From contig CATNEN010000002.1 of NCBI GenBank assembly GCA_950097015.1, positions 3,224,001-3,288,000 on the forward strand: a stretch of 64,000 bases of DNA, written 5' to 3'. Below are positions 1 to 12,660 of this stretch, in pieces. A program made the position numbers and the translations under genes. Positions within the stretch are counted from its first letter, which is position 1. Every line of letters begins with the position of its first letter. This DNA is from Macrostomum hystrix. Lineage: Eukaryota > Animalia > Platyhelminthes. Under the pieces are notes generated by a model. It searched no databases. It was given only the letters and a program-made list of their open reading frames with translations, and was not told the DNA's origin.

Positions 1-1
1 G

Positions 2-307
2 CGCATCGCTCGCCTGTGCATTGGGATCGTCGCCCTGCTGACCGGCTCGCCGCTGGGCCTGTTGCTAACCGGTTGCTGGGCGTCCGGCGCCGGCTCGCGC
101 AGCCTCGTCGGTATCTGGACCTGCGCCGAGTACGGAGCTCTGCAGGGCTTTGTTGAAGGCCAACTGCTCGGCAGCTGGACTTACTCGCTGAGCTGCCTGC
201 TGCTGCTGCCGTGCTGGCTGCTGATCTGGTGCCAGCTGTTCGCCAGGGCCTGGCCAAAGTCGCCCGTGTGCGCCGAAGCTGAGCCGCCCGCTGACAAATC
301 CGAGTGA
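2..307 (+). CDS. 3' end of a probable membrane protein, running in from the window edge
   Basis: Frame 2 is open from base 2 to TGA at 305-307. It is GC-rich and has two hydrophobic stretches (LCIGIVALLTGSPLGLLLTGCW and YSLSCLLLLPCWLLIW). No family motif recognised. Confidence 0.45.
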   Translation, partial: RIARLCIGIVALLTGSPLGLLLTGCWASGAGSRSLVGIWTCAEYGALQGFVEGQLLGSWTYSLSCLLLLPCWLLIWCQLFARAWPKSPVCAEAEPPADKSE

Positions 308-493
308 GCTCGACTTGGTTCTCCGCAATAGAACAATTCTTGTAGTTGTGTTCTCAGTTTTACCTTGTCACATTTCTCCTAGTAGCACTAATGAGCCATT
401 TTTGAGCTCATTGTGGGATAAATTAACCGATAGGATTTTGAGCAATCAATGCTCAATGGTATTTTAAACTCAGCATAGTATCAAAAATCCAAT

Positions 494-775
494 GGGATTG
501 TAGTCCAGTGGTTAGAGCCTCAGACTTACGACTGGAAGGTCGCGGGTTCGATTCGCATCGCCACAGAAAAAATTTGTGTCCTTTAGCAAGACACTTAACT
601 CTGCATTGATTCAGTTCACCCAGCTGTTAAATGGGTGCCAGCATCAGCTGGGGTAATTGAGGGTGGGTGTAGCGTCCACCCAGTCCATGGACTGAACAGC
701 CGTACGCAGCCTTCAATGCGCAATAGCTGCGGCTGTGCTGTCGGTTGCACCTTTGGCCCAACAATAGGATGTTGA
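494..775 (+). mobile_element. tRNA-derived SINE, family A (CORE-like central domain)
   Basis: A-box-like GTAGTCCAGTGGTTAGAG and B-box GGTTCGATTCG, followed by TTGTGTCCTTTAGCAAGACACTTAACTCTG. Homologous copies at about 50645 (+) and 39270 (-), with fragments at about 10046 and 38335. Confidence 0.8.
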
Positions 776-1267
776 GCTTATTTGCTGGTAGGATTTTCAT
801 TGACTTGCACTCGCAATCTATTCGTGAGTTATAAATTTTGCCTTCGTGTTATCTAAATCAGTTTATTATTTGTTTTGCTAACTTCTTCTATAATTCAATT
901 ACATTGCGGTTGTCTGTCACACTTCAATGTACTTTTCCTGCGCTGCTTCACATTCTGTTTCTTTAAATTGTGTTTTTCCGAGCCTGAAGAATGTCGTCAT
1001 TTCTACTTGCAGTAGTTTGCTTCGTTCCTTATCGTCTAACTTTAAAATGTTTCTTTTTCTACTGTTCAATCGGCCAAAACAGTCAGTTTGAAGTGCATGT
1101 CTAATTATAATAAAATCTGCGGAAATATGTACAATTGTTGTTCTTTTATCGATTCTCAGCTATCAGAAAAGTGAAATGTGGAATGTCGCGTAAGGAATTT
1201 TTTTTGAATAGTCGAGAAATTATTTGGCAACTTCTGTTTGAATTGAAAAAAGTCTCTCATACTAAAT

Positions 1268-2085
1268 GAGAGATTTGAGTCCATCTCATGGTAAATTAAC
1301 ATAGATTTGAGTCCATCTCATGGTAAATTAACATAGATTTGAGTCCATCTCATGGTAAATTAACATAGATTTGAGTCCATCTCATGGTAAATGAATAGAG
1401 ATTTGAGTCCATCTCATGGTAAATTAACATAGATTTGAGTCCATCTCATGGTAAATGAATAGAGATTTGAGTCCATCTCATGGTAAATTAACAGAGATTT
1501 GAGTCCATCTCATGGTAAATTAACATAGATTTGAGTCCATCTCATGGTAAATGAATAGAGATTTGAGTCCATCTCATGGTAAATGAATAGAGATTTGAGT
1601 CCATCTCATGGTAAATTAACAGAGATTTGAGTCCATCTCATGGTTAATGAATAGAGATTTGAGTCCATCTAATGGTAAATTAACAGAGATTTGAGTCCAT
1701 CTCATGGTAAATGAATAGAGATTTGAGTCCATCTCATGGTAAATGAATAGAGATTTGAGTCCATCTCATGGTAAATGAATAGAGATTTGAGTCCATCTCA
1801 TGGTAAATGAACAGAGATTTGAGTCCATCTCATGGTAAATGAATAGAGATTTGAGTCCATCTCATGGTAAATGAATAGAGATTTGAGTCCATCTCATGGT
1901 AAATTAACAGAGATTTGAGTCCATCTCATGGTTAATGAATAGAGATTTGAGTCCATCTAATGGTAAATTAACAGAGATTTGAGTCCATCTCATGGTAAAT
2001 GAATAGAGATTTGAGTCCATCTCATGGTAAATGAATAGAGATTTGAGTCCATCTCATGGTAAATGAATAGAGATTTGAGTCTATC
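1268..2085. repeat. Tandem repeat, 32-bp unit, about 25 copies
   Basis: Unit AGATTTGAGTCCATCTCATGGTAAAT(G/T)AA(T/C)A(G/T); period 32 (for example 1271 and 1303). Confidence 0.95.
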
Positions 2086-2644
2086 TCTCAGTGCATATGC
2101 GAACAAATTAACAAGGATTTAAGTTGACTTTGAGTAGTTAAGGATATTAATGGTGCAAAAGTTAGCATTCAACTGGTTAAGAACAGTATAGCTCTTGTTT
2201 ACAAACACTTGAAGGCCATTATGAAAGTTTTTTGCTACTTTTGTTACTAATTCTGGCAGTTAGTGGTTGATTGGTTTAAGTAAAAACACTTGAACTGACA
2301 GCTGGGACAGCTGCATCCAATATGTCCAGTTGCCGACTGAAGTCCTACCCCAGCAGGCTAACCTCAGCCATTGTGTTAAGCGCTGTTGAACTCGGCCTCA
2401 ATGTGAAACGCTTAGGTAAAAAAGCTATTCAATAACCTTACAAGCAACTAACTCACCACCCAGCTTTCTCAACTGAATTGAAGACACAACAATGCGACAA
2501 TCATCGGGCCAAGCCGTGACTGCTAAACGCTGCAGAGGTCATTCTCACAGCAGCTAATTTTTCTGAACTTACGATATTGTTTACGTCTGCGGGGCTCACT
2601 GTGTTAAGCGCCAATTCGCGTTGAAATAACGATAACGGTGTGAG

Positions 2645-2805
2645 ATACGCTAGCTCTCATGAGAAACATCTGACCTTCGGCAAGAACCGTAGAATATCTC
2701 GACGTTCTGAAAAGCTAGTGACTTCGATTCTTGTTTCAGAAGATGCACAACAAAAAGTTGGCTAGCTGTGTTCTTGAGTTTCGTCTGCTTGCGTTGCTCC
2801 GGTGG
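2645..2805. repeat. Interspersed repeat of about 160 bp; second copy at about 22503-22655
   Basis: Both sites share GATTCTTGTTTCAGAAGATGC...TGTTCTTGAGTTTCGTCTGCTTGCGTTGCTCC in the same orientation. Confidence 0.75.
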
Positions 2806-3211
2806 GGAGGGGAATTCCCCCTTTGTACAGTTCATGTACAAAATAGCATTGATTAACATTTGCGTGAATCTTTGTAGCATTATTTGTCTACGAAAAGTAC
2901 TAAACTGAAAATTATTTGTCAACGTGTAATTGGGGAGTCTGTCATAGGCTTTGAAAATATCCGAGCAATCGCGCATTAATTAAAAGTTGTAAAATCTCAC
3001 AAACCTGCGAGGTTGCATTAAGCTGCACCTCGCTCACTTATTTTTATCGTGTCGTAAAATTGGAGCTATTTTTAGCCTCAGGTTTTAAGCTACTCCCACC
3101 CAGTGGCTCTCCGGGCATATATGGGGCCCCAGCTTCATGCTGGAACGGTAATTCAGCAATTAAACAGAAAAATACTCGCAATAGATGCAAGTCTAGTCAG
3201 CCAGAGAAGCC

Positions 3212-4336
3212 ATGGCCTCTCAAACTGCAACAAATCAGGGACAGACTCTGCGCCAGCGTCAGGTCCTTCTAGAAGAGATTCCGCCTGAGCGGTGCCGGCC
3301 GCCGCGTCGCTCCGAGCTGCGCCTATATGCTCGCGCTGCCCTGGGAATCGACCCAGACCAGGAGCCAGAGCTCATGACCCTGGCCTTGGCCGGCCTGACT
3401 TCAACCCTGCCACCAGATTGGCAAGCGGTTAAGCTGTTGATGAATGCGGAGGCGGAGGACGGCAGCCGGACAGGCTGGGTGCACTATTACTACAACCGAG
3501 CCACCGGCGAGTCAACCTGGGAGCATCCGAACGATGCAAAATTTCGTCGACTGGCGACTCGCCAGAGGCGTCGCATTGCCGAGTCGAGGTCGGCCGGCCC
3601 AACGACGAACTCAAGCTCATCGTCGTCCAGTCGGGTTATTCAGTATTTGCGTCGCCGGCAGCGACTTCACAGCAACTCCGATCAAGCTGTCGATGTTTCT
3701 GAGGCCGTTGAGTTCGGTATCGGTAGCGACGCAGAAGAATTTTCGATTGAGAATAGTCAATCAAGACGCGTGTCACCTAACAGGTATAATTACTGATTGA
3801 TTGCTTGAAAGTTGTGACTTAAACCAGGCAAATTATACTCAAAATTACCAGGTGTGCATACCTATAAATTTCCAGGTGTTTGGCGAAATATACCGACACG
3901 CCAGAACATCGCCAGACAGTCAAGAGCCAGCCAAGCCCGAAGCGTCGAAACAGTTTGAGCACAGCATCGACCTCAGCGGCTGCGGACTCCGTGGACTCAG
4001 GAGTGATCAGGTGTGCCCTTGTTGAAATAAGCTGACTCAAAATTGAGCCTTTTAGAAATGACCAAGTGTTACTGTTTCTTGGAAAAATTACATTTCAGTG
4101 AACGTCTGGAGTCCAAGCTAGTGGAAGGACTCAATGACCCTGCAAGTGACAGCAGAGGGCGAAAACCTTCAAGCTGCCATCAGCAACTTCATCAGCACCA
4201 GCGGAAGACGCCTTGTCAAGCTATCCACCGAGCACTGGACTGGTCCAAGGTTGCCTGCGGGCGAGTCTCTGCGGGCTTGCCACCCAGTGGCTGTTGCGTC
4301 CTTAGCAACAGAGGAAGTCGAGCCGATCGCAAATGA
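3212..4336 (+). CDS. WW-domain protein with a CEP164-like N-terminal module; exons 3212-3783, 3876-4010, 4099-4336
   Basis: QVLLEE...ELRLYARAALGIDPDQEPELMTLALAGLTSTLPPDW...HYYYNRATGESTWEHPNDAKFRRL resembles the CEP164 N-terminus (GIDPxxEPELMWLA...W...YYFN...S.WDHP.D). Both GT-AG introns are phase 2. The reading of the last exon is less certain. Confidence 0.7.
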
Positions 4337-4731
4337 ATTAGAATTTATAACAGATTAAACATTTTCCTAGTTGTTTTATCAACCAAATGCGCCAATTCAT
4401 GTACAATTATTTATTTATTGTCAGTTATTATTTGCAACTAATAAAGTGTGAAATAGAGTCAACCACTGTACTTACAGTAGCTTGTTTGGACCGCAACAAA
4501 GGCACAATGAGTTTTAAATAAAGTCCGTTGACGATGCGAATTCGCTCTGCCGGAGGCTTTAGCCACTGCCACCTCGACTAAAATGTCGAAACAAAACTGG
4601 ACTATTGAGCGAGGAAAACTCCGGCACTGGAGCCCCGCCCAGGTCCGTCGACACCCCCGCCCCACGGGCCAGCGTCCCTCATCTCCACCTTCGATTCGTG
4701 TGCGCGTATCTGGAGTCAGGGCGACTCGGCA

Positions 4732-7700
4732 GTGGCGGACGGGGACGAATATCGAGTGCCTTCCCGCTCTTCTCGACTGGCCCCGTGTTCTGTCTTCCCA
4801 AATACTTGTTCTCCCCGCCTCACTTGTTCCGCCCTGGCCTCCACCCCTCCTGCCTGGCAACCCGTCTCTCCTCCAGCTACTCCCGATCCTGCGCCACTCC
4901 CCTCCCGCCTCCCGTCCTCTCTACCGCTGCATCCGCCAGCGGCGAGTTCTCGACACGGAGAGGAGGCGCATTGGGGATTAGGGATTAGAAGAAGACGAAG
5001 GGATGCAACCGGGAATGAGGAAATCGAAGTAAGCCTCCTGTCTGCCTGAGCTAGCTTAAAGTATTCAAGGATTCTTGGATTTTGATCAGGTAGGTGGGAC
5101 GAACAGCGTCGAAGAATCACCTGTCAATCAACCCTCGCCAGATGCAGCGTCTGCAGTCAATACTTCGGCGACGCCTTCGTCGGCTACGCGGACCCGACCC
5201 GGCCTGCACCTGTGGTCACGTCAACATCGCCATGGAGGCCAGCGATATCTCCTCAGCGTCGGAAGACGACGACGAGGATGACGCCGAAACGGAGGACGAT
5301 GCCGATGCCGATGGCGGGGAAGTGGAATCCGACAGAGCCGAGCAGAGCGTGGAGCCAGCGGGAGAATCTGGAACGTCTAAAATCACATTCGAGGATGGCA
5401 CGGAGGAGCTGACTGATGTGTCCAAAAGCTTCTCCGTTGGCACCTGTTTGGGACCTCAACGGCTCTTGAATACGCTGTTCGGTAAAGCTCACGACTTGTG
5501 GCTGCTTATTTAGGTCGGCATCTCGTTTGTCCCGTGATATCCTTGATTGATCCTTGACTGACTCGGATGCCTCCAATGCCAAAAAAATTCAGGTGTTCAG
5601 GTGTTCAGGTGTTCTACGAGTATGATGTTTATTGACGGCTTTGTGATAGATAATAACAATATAATAATAATAATAATGTGCCATTATAATAATAATTCCA
5701 CGGTGGCCTCACAGTGGAATCGACCTGAGAGACATTGGTCGACGTTTGCGTTTGCGTTTGCGAGCGTTTGCGAGACGCAAACGCTTTAGACCGCTCTACC
5801 ACTCACTCTCCTCAGTCATGCTGTTACAAAGGCGAATGTTTATTTTACAGCTCTGTTTTGGCCTGAAAACGTCGTCAAAACAGCCCGACCTAAATAAGAG
5901 AACTATGAAACAATTTCTCTATGCCAGGTCGGTACAGAGCCACGGCCGTCGATTCCGACGCAGTAGCTGCGGCCACCGTGACAGCCGGAGTCGAAGCGGC
6001 TCGCAGCTTTACCGGCTGGTCGCGCCGGCTCTGCTGGGGCCATCTGCGCCGCCTGCGCCACCAGCGACAACGCCGATTCTTAGGCCTCGAGTCAGGCCTG
6101 CTGGCCGACCTTCTCTGCGTTGCTGCAGTTGCCGACACAGCTGGCCTGAGCAGCCGTCTCGCCGACGTCTCCTTAGCGGCGGAAGCCAGCACTGAGGCCT
6201 ACAATCTCGACGATGTTGACGACAGAAGAGCCGAGACCAGCTGCATATTTCACCTCTGTCTGCGGGTGGCCATCGGTGATGTCGCGGACTGCTGGCTCTC
6301 GGCCTGGTCAACGGCCCTCCTGGACGAGCTGACTGCTCGCCTGCCGCTGCCTGAAGGTCTCGGGCCACTGGCACTGGGACCCTGCGACCGGGTCTGCTTG
6401 GAGACGGGACGGCCGCTGGGCGCCACTCCCTGCTGCCGCCAGCGGGTGTGCCTCGCCTGCCTGGCTGCCCACGCCCGCTCCAGGCTGCTCGAGGGCCGGC
6501 CGCAGCCGCCACCGTGTCCCCTCTGCCCAGCCGAGGCCGTCTTCAGCGTTACCCAGCTGCGCTTCCTGCTGGCCAACTGCTGCAGCGGTTGCCATGGAGA
6601 CGCTGCCACTCCGCGTCAGCTGCTCGCTCTGCTCGACAGGCGTCTGGCTGACCAGGCGGTGGGGCAGGACAGCCGCACCTGCCCGCACTGCGGCCTGCTG
6701 ACTCAGCGGCCACCACCGTTGACCCCGTCGCAGGCATTGCAGCCGCCGCCACCGCCACCGCAGCAGCGGCAGAATTCGATAGAGGTTGAAATCGAGCCTC
6801 AACAACAGAACGCTGATGACAACGAGGACGAATCTGCGGCCACCACCACGTGCACAGTGGCCTGTCAGCGCTGTTTCCAGGTGATTCTCGGCTTTAAAGT
6901 ACATCTAGATGCTCATAACTTAAAAGTACATTATACGTCATTTTCCGCAGAAAAATATGCAAAATAAATAACCAACCTGAAATGAGGCGAGCTACATCTT
7001 GCGAGTTTAGAGTAGGCAACCCTGAGCTACCGAGACTTTGCGAACCATTTTCAGAACAGAGAAGTTGAAAATTATACTCACTTAGTTCTCCGATGGAAAG
7101 ATACTACGAGTCTCGTATAACCAACGTAGAGCTAAAGCAATAAATTTTGCTGATAAAAATTGAAAGTCATTGAGTCTTTGGTGCATGAGTTACAGGTTAA
7201 AAAAGTAGTATCAATCAATGATCGTCACTTGCGTTCTCAAACTCGTCAGGCCTGGTGCTTCGACTGTCACGCGCCGCTGCATCCGGACCGCAGCTGCCTC
7301 AACTTTCGTCGCAGTCAGGACCAACTGCTGGCGCAGTGGTGCAACGTCACCTACTCGGAGAATGGCCAGATCCTGCGCCGGGCGCAGCGCTGTCCCCGCT
7401 GCAGCGTCCTGATCGAAAAGGACTCCGGCTGCAACCACGTCGTGTGCGCCCGCTGCGGCTACGAGTTCTGCTACGCCTGCCGTGCGCCGCACCACGCCGG
7501 CGACTGCGTCCCACTCGACCTCGCCGAGGCCGCTGCTCAACGCTCCCGCAACGCGCGCCTCTGTCGCCAGTACCGCTTCTGGGAGGAGTTCAACCGCTCG
7601 GTGCCTCTGGCGCGGCCCTGCCCCGGGCCCTCGTGTCGCTACTACGTGGCTCTTCCGGAGTCTTCAGTAAGGCGCGCTCCCTACGACTGGGAGACCCGCT

Positions 7701-8404
7701 GCGACCTCTGTCAGATTGTGTTCTGCTACCTGTGCGGCACCCGGTCCCACCTGGGCCTGCACTGCCCCATTGTGAAGCGGCGTCTCGAGGAGATGACCAC
7801 CGAGATGGTGACGGATCCGGTGAGCGGACTGCAGCTGTCCCGGGCGCGACAATGTCCTCGCTGTCCGGCTTTGGTACCGCTGCCCCTGAGCCTAGACCTT
7901 CAACAGCAGGAGCAGCAGCAGCAGCAGCCGACACAGCGTCAGAATCAGCAGGACGAGTTCTGCAGCCGCTGTTTGGAGTGTTCGCACCTGTTCTGCTACC
8001 GCTGCGGCGAAAGCTGGTCACCGGACTTCAGCTGCTACCTGCTGTTGTCCCAGCAGCACGTGGAGTCGATATTCGGCGGGCACACGGACGCCCTGAGTGT
8101 GTTCGGCTGTCGCTACATTTACCAGCGGGACAGGGCTGCTGTCAGGCGCCTAATGCGGGGTTTGCGGCTGAGTGAGTGCTGAGTATAGAGTACTGAGCTC
8201 ATTGAAAAACATCTTATGTCCGAACTGTTAGCTCTAAACTGATTAACCCCTACATTTTCAGTCGGAATAATCATTTTCCTAATCATAGCCGTAGCCTTAC
8301 TGTCGCCATTCATTGCCGCATTCCTGTCCATCGCCGTGATCGTAGTCATCGTAGCCGGGCTATTTGTGCTGGCCTACAAAATCTTCCGCAGACTGGGAAG
8401 ATGA
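4732..8404 (+). CDS. RNF217: RBR E3 ubiquitin ligase, RNF217-like, with C-terminal TM anchor; exons (<=4732)-5028, 5094-5481, 5928-6880, 7250-8171, 8262-8404; start codon not located
   Basis: RING1 (CDRVC...CCRQRVCLAC...CPLC), IBR (TCPHC...CQRCFQ|AWCFDCHAPLH), RING2 with catalytic-type motif CPRCSVLIEKDSGCNHVVCARC, and the RNF217-type tail FGGHTDALSVFGCRYIY...VRRLMRG. The last exon encodes the hydrophobic IGIIIFLIIAVALLSPFIAAFLSIAVIVVIVAGLFVLAYKIFRR. Intron phases 0, 1, 0, 1 are compatible. The two 5'-most exons are tentative. Confidence 0.8.
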
Positions 8405-9092
8405 CGTCATCAGAGGGGAGCTGAGGATGTTGACCTGACGATTGGCGATAGCATTATACTCAACAGTGTACTCATTCCACGGAACCCTGAAAACACACAT
8501 TTTATACGTTATATTTCAATTTTTAATAGTACATCATTCACCTGAAATCATTCAATTAGTTTTTAAATCTAACAAAACTGTTGTTTACCTTTCAATGTTG
8601 GCGTGCACATTTCGCACAAATATGCGTTTCCATGACAACTCAGCAAGAATCACAAATGTTCACCCAATTAAAAATTGTTTATTTTTGTTAGTTCGAACAG
8701 TTAAATGTTTATATTGTCTTAAACAAAAGACCACGCATTAAAATATTTTGCAACCCAAATTCCGCTTGTGAGTCCCTAGTAAAGTACATTTGTACTTATA
8801 ATTCAGCAGCCTGTTGACGAGCCCACCTGCAGACTCACAGGTGGCGTTTCGCTAGCTGCTCACGCACTTGCACCTGACGTCGAAAAGATGAACAGGTTTT
8901 TGAGCAGTTGAGACTGAAATTGTTCAAACGACTGGCAGCTGAGCACTCAACCAGCAGATGCCCTTTGAATTGGAAAGGAAATGCTGTGTCTCTCGCCTTG
9001 AGCAACAGCCTGCATGCTGCTGGGGGGAAATCTTACATTGATTTTTTAAATAAGAACAAGAACCTCTTGACTATTTCTTGAGAATGATAGCC

Positions 9093-9362
<270 letters not shown>

Positions 9363-10045
9363 TCCACGAATAAATGGTGTCTAGACAGTGATAATCAAAT
9401 TTAAATCAGATATCGCTAATCTACTGAGTTTTAAACTTTATAACTCGGAATTCGAAATGAAATCACGAAATACACTAAAGAGGACTTGGCTACATTTCGT
9501 CAAAACCTTTGTCTGTCTGTAGTCATCCTTTATCTTTGAGTCTTTAGATCTGCTCATAATCATAATCCTTAATCCTCTCAAGTGAACAAGTCAAAGCAAA
9601 GGATTAGAAAGATAATCCTGGGTAGCTATTGACGGTTGCGGGCAATACTTTTTAGTCAAATCCCAGGAAGGTGTTTTTGTGCCTTTTACCCCGTGTCCAA
9701 ATGGACTTTTATGACAACCTCACACGTAACCTACCTGCTATTATGTTCCCATTTCCATCTGTGAATCCAATTTCCACACGGTGACCTTAATCGATTCAAT
9801 GTCCCAATTTATTCATAGTTCTATTTCACAGCTCGTAGATCATCTGACTGAGCAACTATTTAGTTTCTAAATAAATTTACACACTGCCCGCTCATATAAC
9901 TATCGTGAAGTAGGCAGTGGGTATTTGCAATACCCTGCGGGAAATATAATGTTCTTTCTATGGTTAAAAGCGTACATTTTAACGATACTGCAATAGCTTG
10001 TAATTATAAAGTTAATAATTGAGTACTAATTGAGTAATTATAATT

Positions 10046-10245
10046 GAGTACACCTGCCACAAATTGGGTCAGATGTGCAGCCGACAGCACAGCCGCGGCG
10101 CTTCTGAAGGCTGCTGTTCAGTCCATGGACTGGGGGGGACGCCACACTATACCCTTAATTACCCCAGCAAGTGCCTTGCTAAAGGACCCGAACCCCCGAC
10201 CTTCAAGTCGTGAGTCAGACGCTCAGACCACTAGGCTAACCTCCC
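10046..10245 (-). mobile_element. SINE family A, internally deleted copy
   Basis: Carries CTGTTCAGTCCATGGAC and TTGCTAAAGGAC...CGAACCCCCGACCTTCAAGTCGTGAGTC, the reverse complement of the family A head and body. Confidence 0.7.
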
Positions 10246-10656
10246 CAAAGCTGCAAAAAAAAATCATGCATCCTGGAGTTATACAAGATTCTCGCAAAAC
10301 TACTCACAGAATTGCATAATAGAATGCGCTGGCATGTACAGATGAAGTGGCATTGTTGGCCATTAGCTGAAGGAGAGTTGTAGAAGCAATTAAATGGGCG
10401 GAACCCTTATCTCGACCACGCCCCTTGCGTTCAGCAGTCTCGCTAAGTCGATGCATTACCACGTTTTATTGTCCAATTTTAATTATTAAAATGCCTTAAA
10501 TGGACGAGTTAGTTTAAATGTGCAAGCAAAAAATTAGGCTGAATGTCTAGCCTAACGGATCTGTGAGTAGTCAGAAATGCAGGATTTGCAAAATCAAATG
10601 CAACTTGGCACCTGCCCACTGAGGTGTTGATTTCAACTGTGGCATGGCTGTGGTAC

Positions 10657-10664
10657 TATAAATA
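10657..10664 (+). promoter_or_regulatory. Candidate TATA box of the secreted-peptide gene
   Basis: TATAAATA about 95 bp upstream of ATG 10759. An AATAAA at 11583 lies downstream of the stop codon. Confidence 0.4.
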
Positions 10665-10758
10665 CATGCTCACACAAATTAAATATTTTGCTGACTCTAA
10701 GCATAAGTTTCTATATAGACTTTCAGTTATTTTGTAATAACCATTATTAGAGAGAGAA

Positions 10759-11393
10759 ATGATTAGCAAGAGATCAGAGGCCTCGCTGATGCTGCCGCTG
10801 TGTCTGACGTTGGCAGCCTTCTGTCTTCTTCTCCTAGCAACCGGGGCAGCAGAGGCCTTGCCAAGATCGGTGAGTTTTAAACAAAAAATAATTTTTACCT
10901 GCTTTATTCAATCCTTGCACTGGCGAGGCTTAAGCTCGTCCACCTCATTCTACAGCCTGATGAACTGAAGCAACGGGGAACTAATTTTATTTACTTCAGG
11001 ACACATTTTTCCAAATACTGGGACTCGAACCCCCGACCTCTGAAAATCAAACCACAAGGCTAATTATGTCAACTTATGGAGATCCAGGGATCTCAAATTT
11101 AGGCTTTAGAATCGACTGAAACCAGTAAGTTTGCCGGGGTGCCAAGGGTTCCATGGGTTCGAGAGCCTGAAGTTGACACCTTGGATCTATATATTCGCAC
11201 TGATTTAGAATTTCATTTCTGTTTCTAGTTTCGTGTGTCACTGCCAAACACTCAAACAAACCCCTAGGCGCAGGAGACCCAGCAACAGCCTGACATGAAG
11301 TGGCCAGATTCCATGAGACTGAGCTCGTCAGACCTGTCCAAGTACAACTGGCTGCTGAACAAGTACGGGCCCTATGTGCAGTACCGGAAATGA
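10759..11393 (+). CDS. 78-aa secreted peptide precursor; exons 10759-10869 and 11268-11393
   Basis: Signal-peptide-like MLPLCLTLAAFCLLLLATGAAEA, donor TCG|GTGAGT, acceptor CCCCTAG|GCG in phase 0. Exon 2 reads AQETQQQPDMKWPDSMRLSSSDLSKYNWLLNKYGPYVQYRK*. Confidence 0.65.
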
Positions 11394-11796
11394 CTGCTCT
11401 GATGCCGCGAATGAGCCTGACGATAACAATGTTCTAATTCAAAACGTCTTCTGTCTTCAAGACTGTGTTTCGAATGACGTAAAATTTGTCTAAATAGTTC
11501 GTGTTGGTGAAGATTTCTTTGCGTGTAAGCATTAAAATGACGGACCTGCTTTAGTTCCTAAGGCGGTGAATAATAGAGGCTTAATAAAAGATAATGCGAT
11601 ATGTGGTACGAATACTAACAGCCTATCATGAGCAGTCTCAGTTGTCTTGTCCTAGTTCCTCTTTGAAACTTCCTAATAGGCACACGTAATTTCTTACTAT
11701 AACAAAATAAATCTAAGATACGTTTTACCCTTTACCTGGTGTTTTCGGTGGCTGTTGCTGCAGTTTTTAAGAATATACTTGAAGTATAACACAGAT

Positions 11797-12084
11797 TGAG
11801 TACGACATCTTGAGTACGACATCTTGAGTACGACATCTTGAGTACGACATCTTGAGTACGACATCTTGAGTACGACATCTTGAGTACGACATCTTGAGTA
11901 CGACATCTTGAGTACGACATCTTGAGTACGACATCTTGAGTACGACATCTTGAGTACGACATCTTGAGTACGACATCTTGAGTACGACATCTTGAGTACG
12001 ACATCTTGAGTACGACATCTTGAGTACGACATCTTGAGTACGACATCTTGAGTACGACATCTTAAGTGGCGACATCTTGAGTAC
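11797..12084. repeat. Tandem repeat, 14-bp unit (TTGAGTACGACATC), about 20 copies
   Basis: Read directly; it explains the three overlapping repetitive minus-strand ORFs. Confidence 0.97.
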
Positions 12085-12312
12085 TTACAGACTTGTCGCC
12101 AGTACTGATTCTGCTTCTAAATCGTGTTTAAGTAAACAAAATATGTATTTTAAAATATTTTCTGAATTTCTTGAAGAACGGGTTACTTTTCACTAAACAA
12201 AATAATTTCTTATTCTTATTATTTCAACAGTATTTCTACAGCTTTAGTAATGCGAACTAAATGATTTGCAGACATACAGGTCTCTTTGATGGTCAACAGT
12301 GTGCAGCATTTA

Positions 12313-12660
12313 CAGGGATCAGTGGCACAGCGGTGAAAGCGTTCAAGGTCCCTGAGCTCGATTCCGCGGCGAGGCCACATTAATTTGCGGCGCAGCCGCG
12401 GAGTGAAGGCTGGGGGGCTTGTCGTGCAATTTACGCCCTTGAAGGACCAATCTGCTAGGCACAGTGAAAAGTGTCCACTACCCGACGATGAGAAAGTCAG
12501 GGCAGATGTACGCACCTGTGTGGTCGTGTGCCTGCGTACGGTATCTGTGTGCGTGTGTGCTCAGGAGTCAGCGGAATGGGTAAAATGTCTTCCTCGCTGG
12601 ATGTAGGTCTAGTGTCATCAAATGATGTACAATTGCCCGCAGCCCTCCTGCAATTATAAA
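12313..12660 (+). mobile_element. tRNA-derived SINE, family B, ending in an ATT-rich tail
   Basis: Head CAGGGATCAGTGGCACAGCGG...CTCGATTCCGCGGCGAGGCCACATT, body GGGGCTTGTCGTGCAATTTACGCC...GATGAGAAAGTC, tail GCCCGCAGCCCTCCTGCAATTAT. At least six further copies or fragments occur in the window. Confidence 0.8.

Noticed and set aside
494-570. tRNA gene calls at SINE heads (also about 12313, 20160-20250 and 50645)
   Set aside because: They have A/B boxes but no convincing acceptor stem, and they continue into shared SINE bodies.
8805-8890. Possible hammerhead ribozyme (TTGACGAG-stem-CGTTTCG)
   Set aside because: The core elements CUGANGA and GAAA are not on the same strand in the required order; only a short stem is present.
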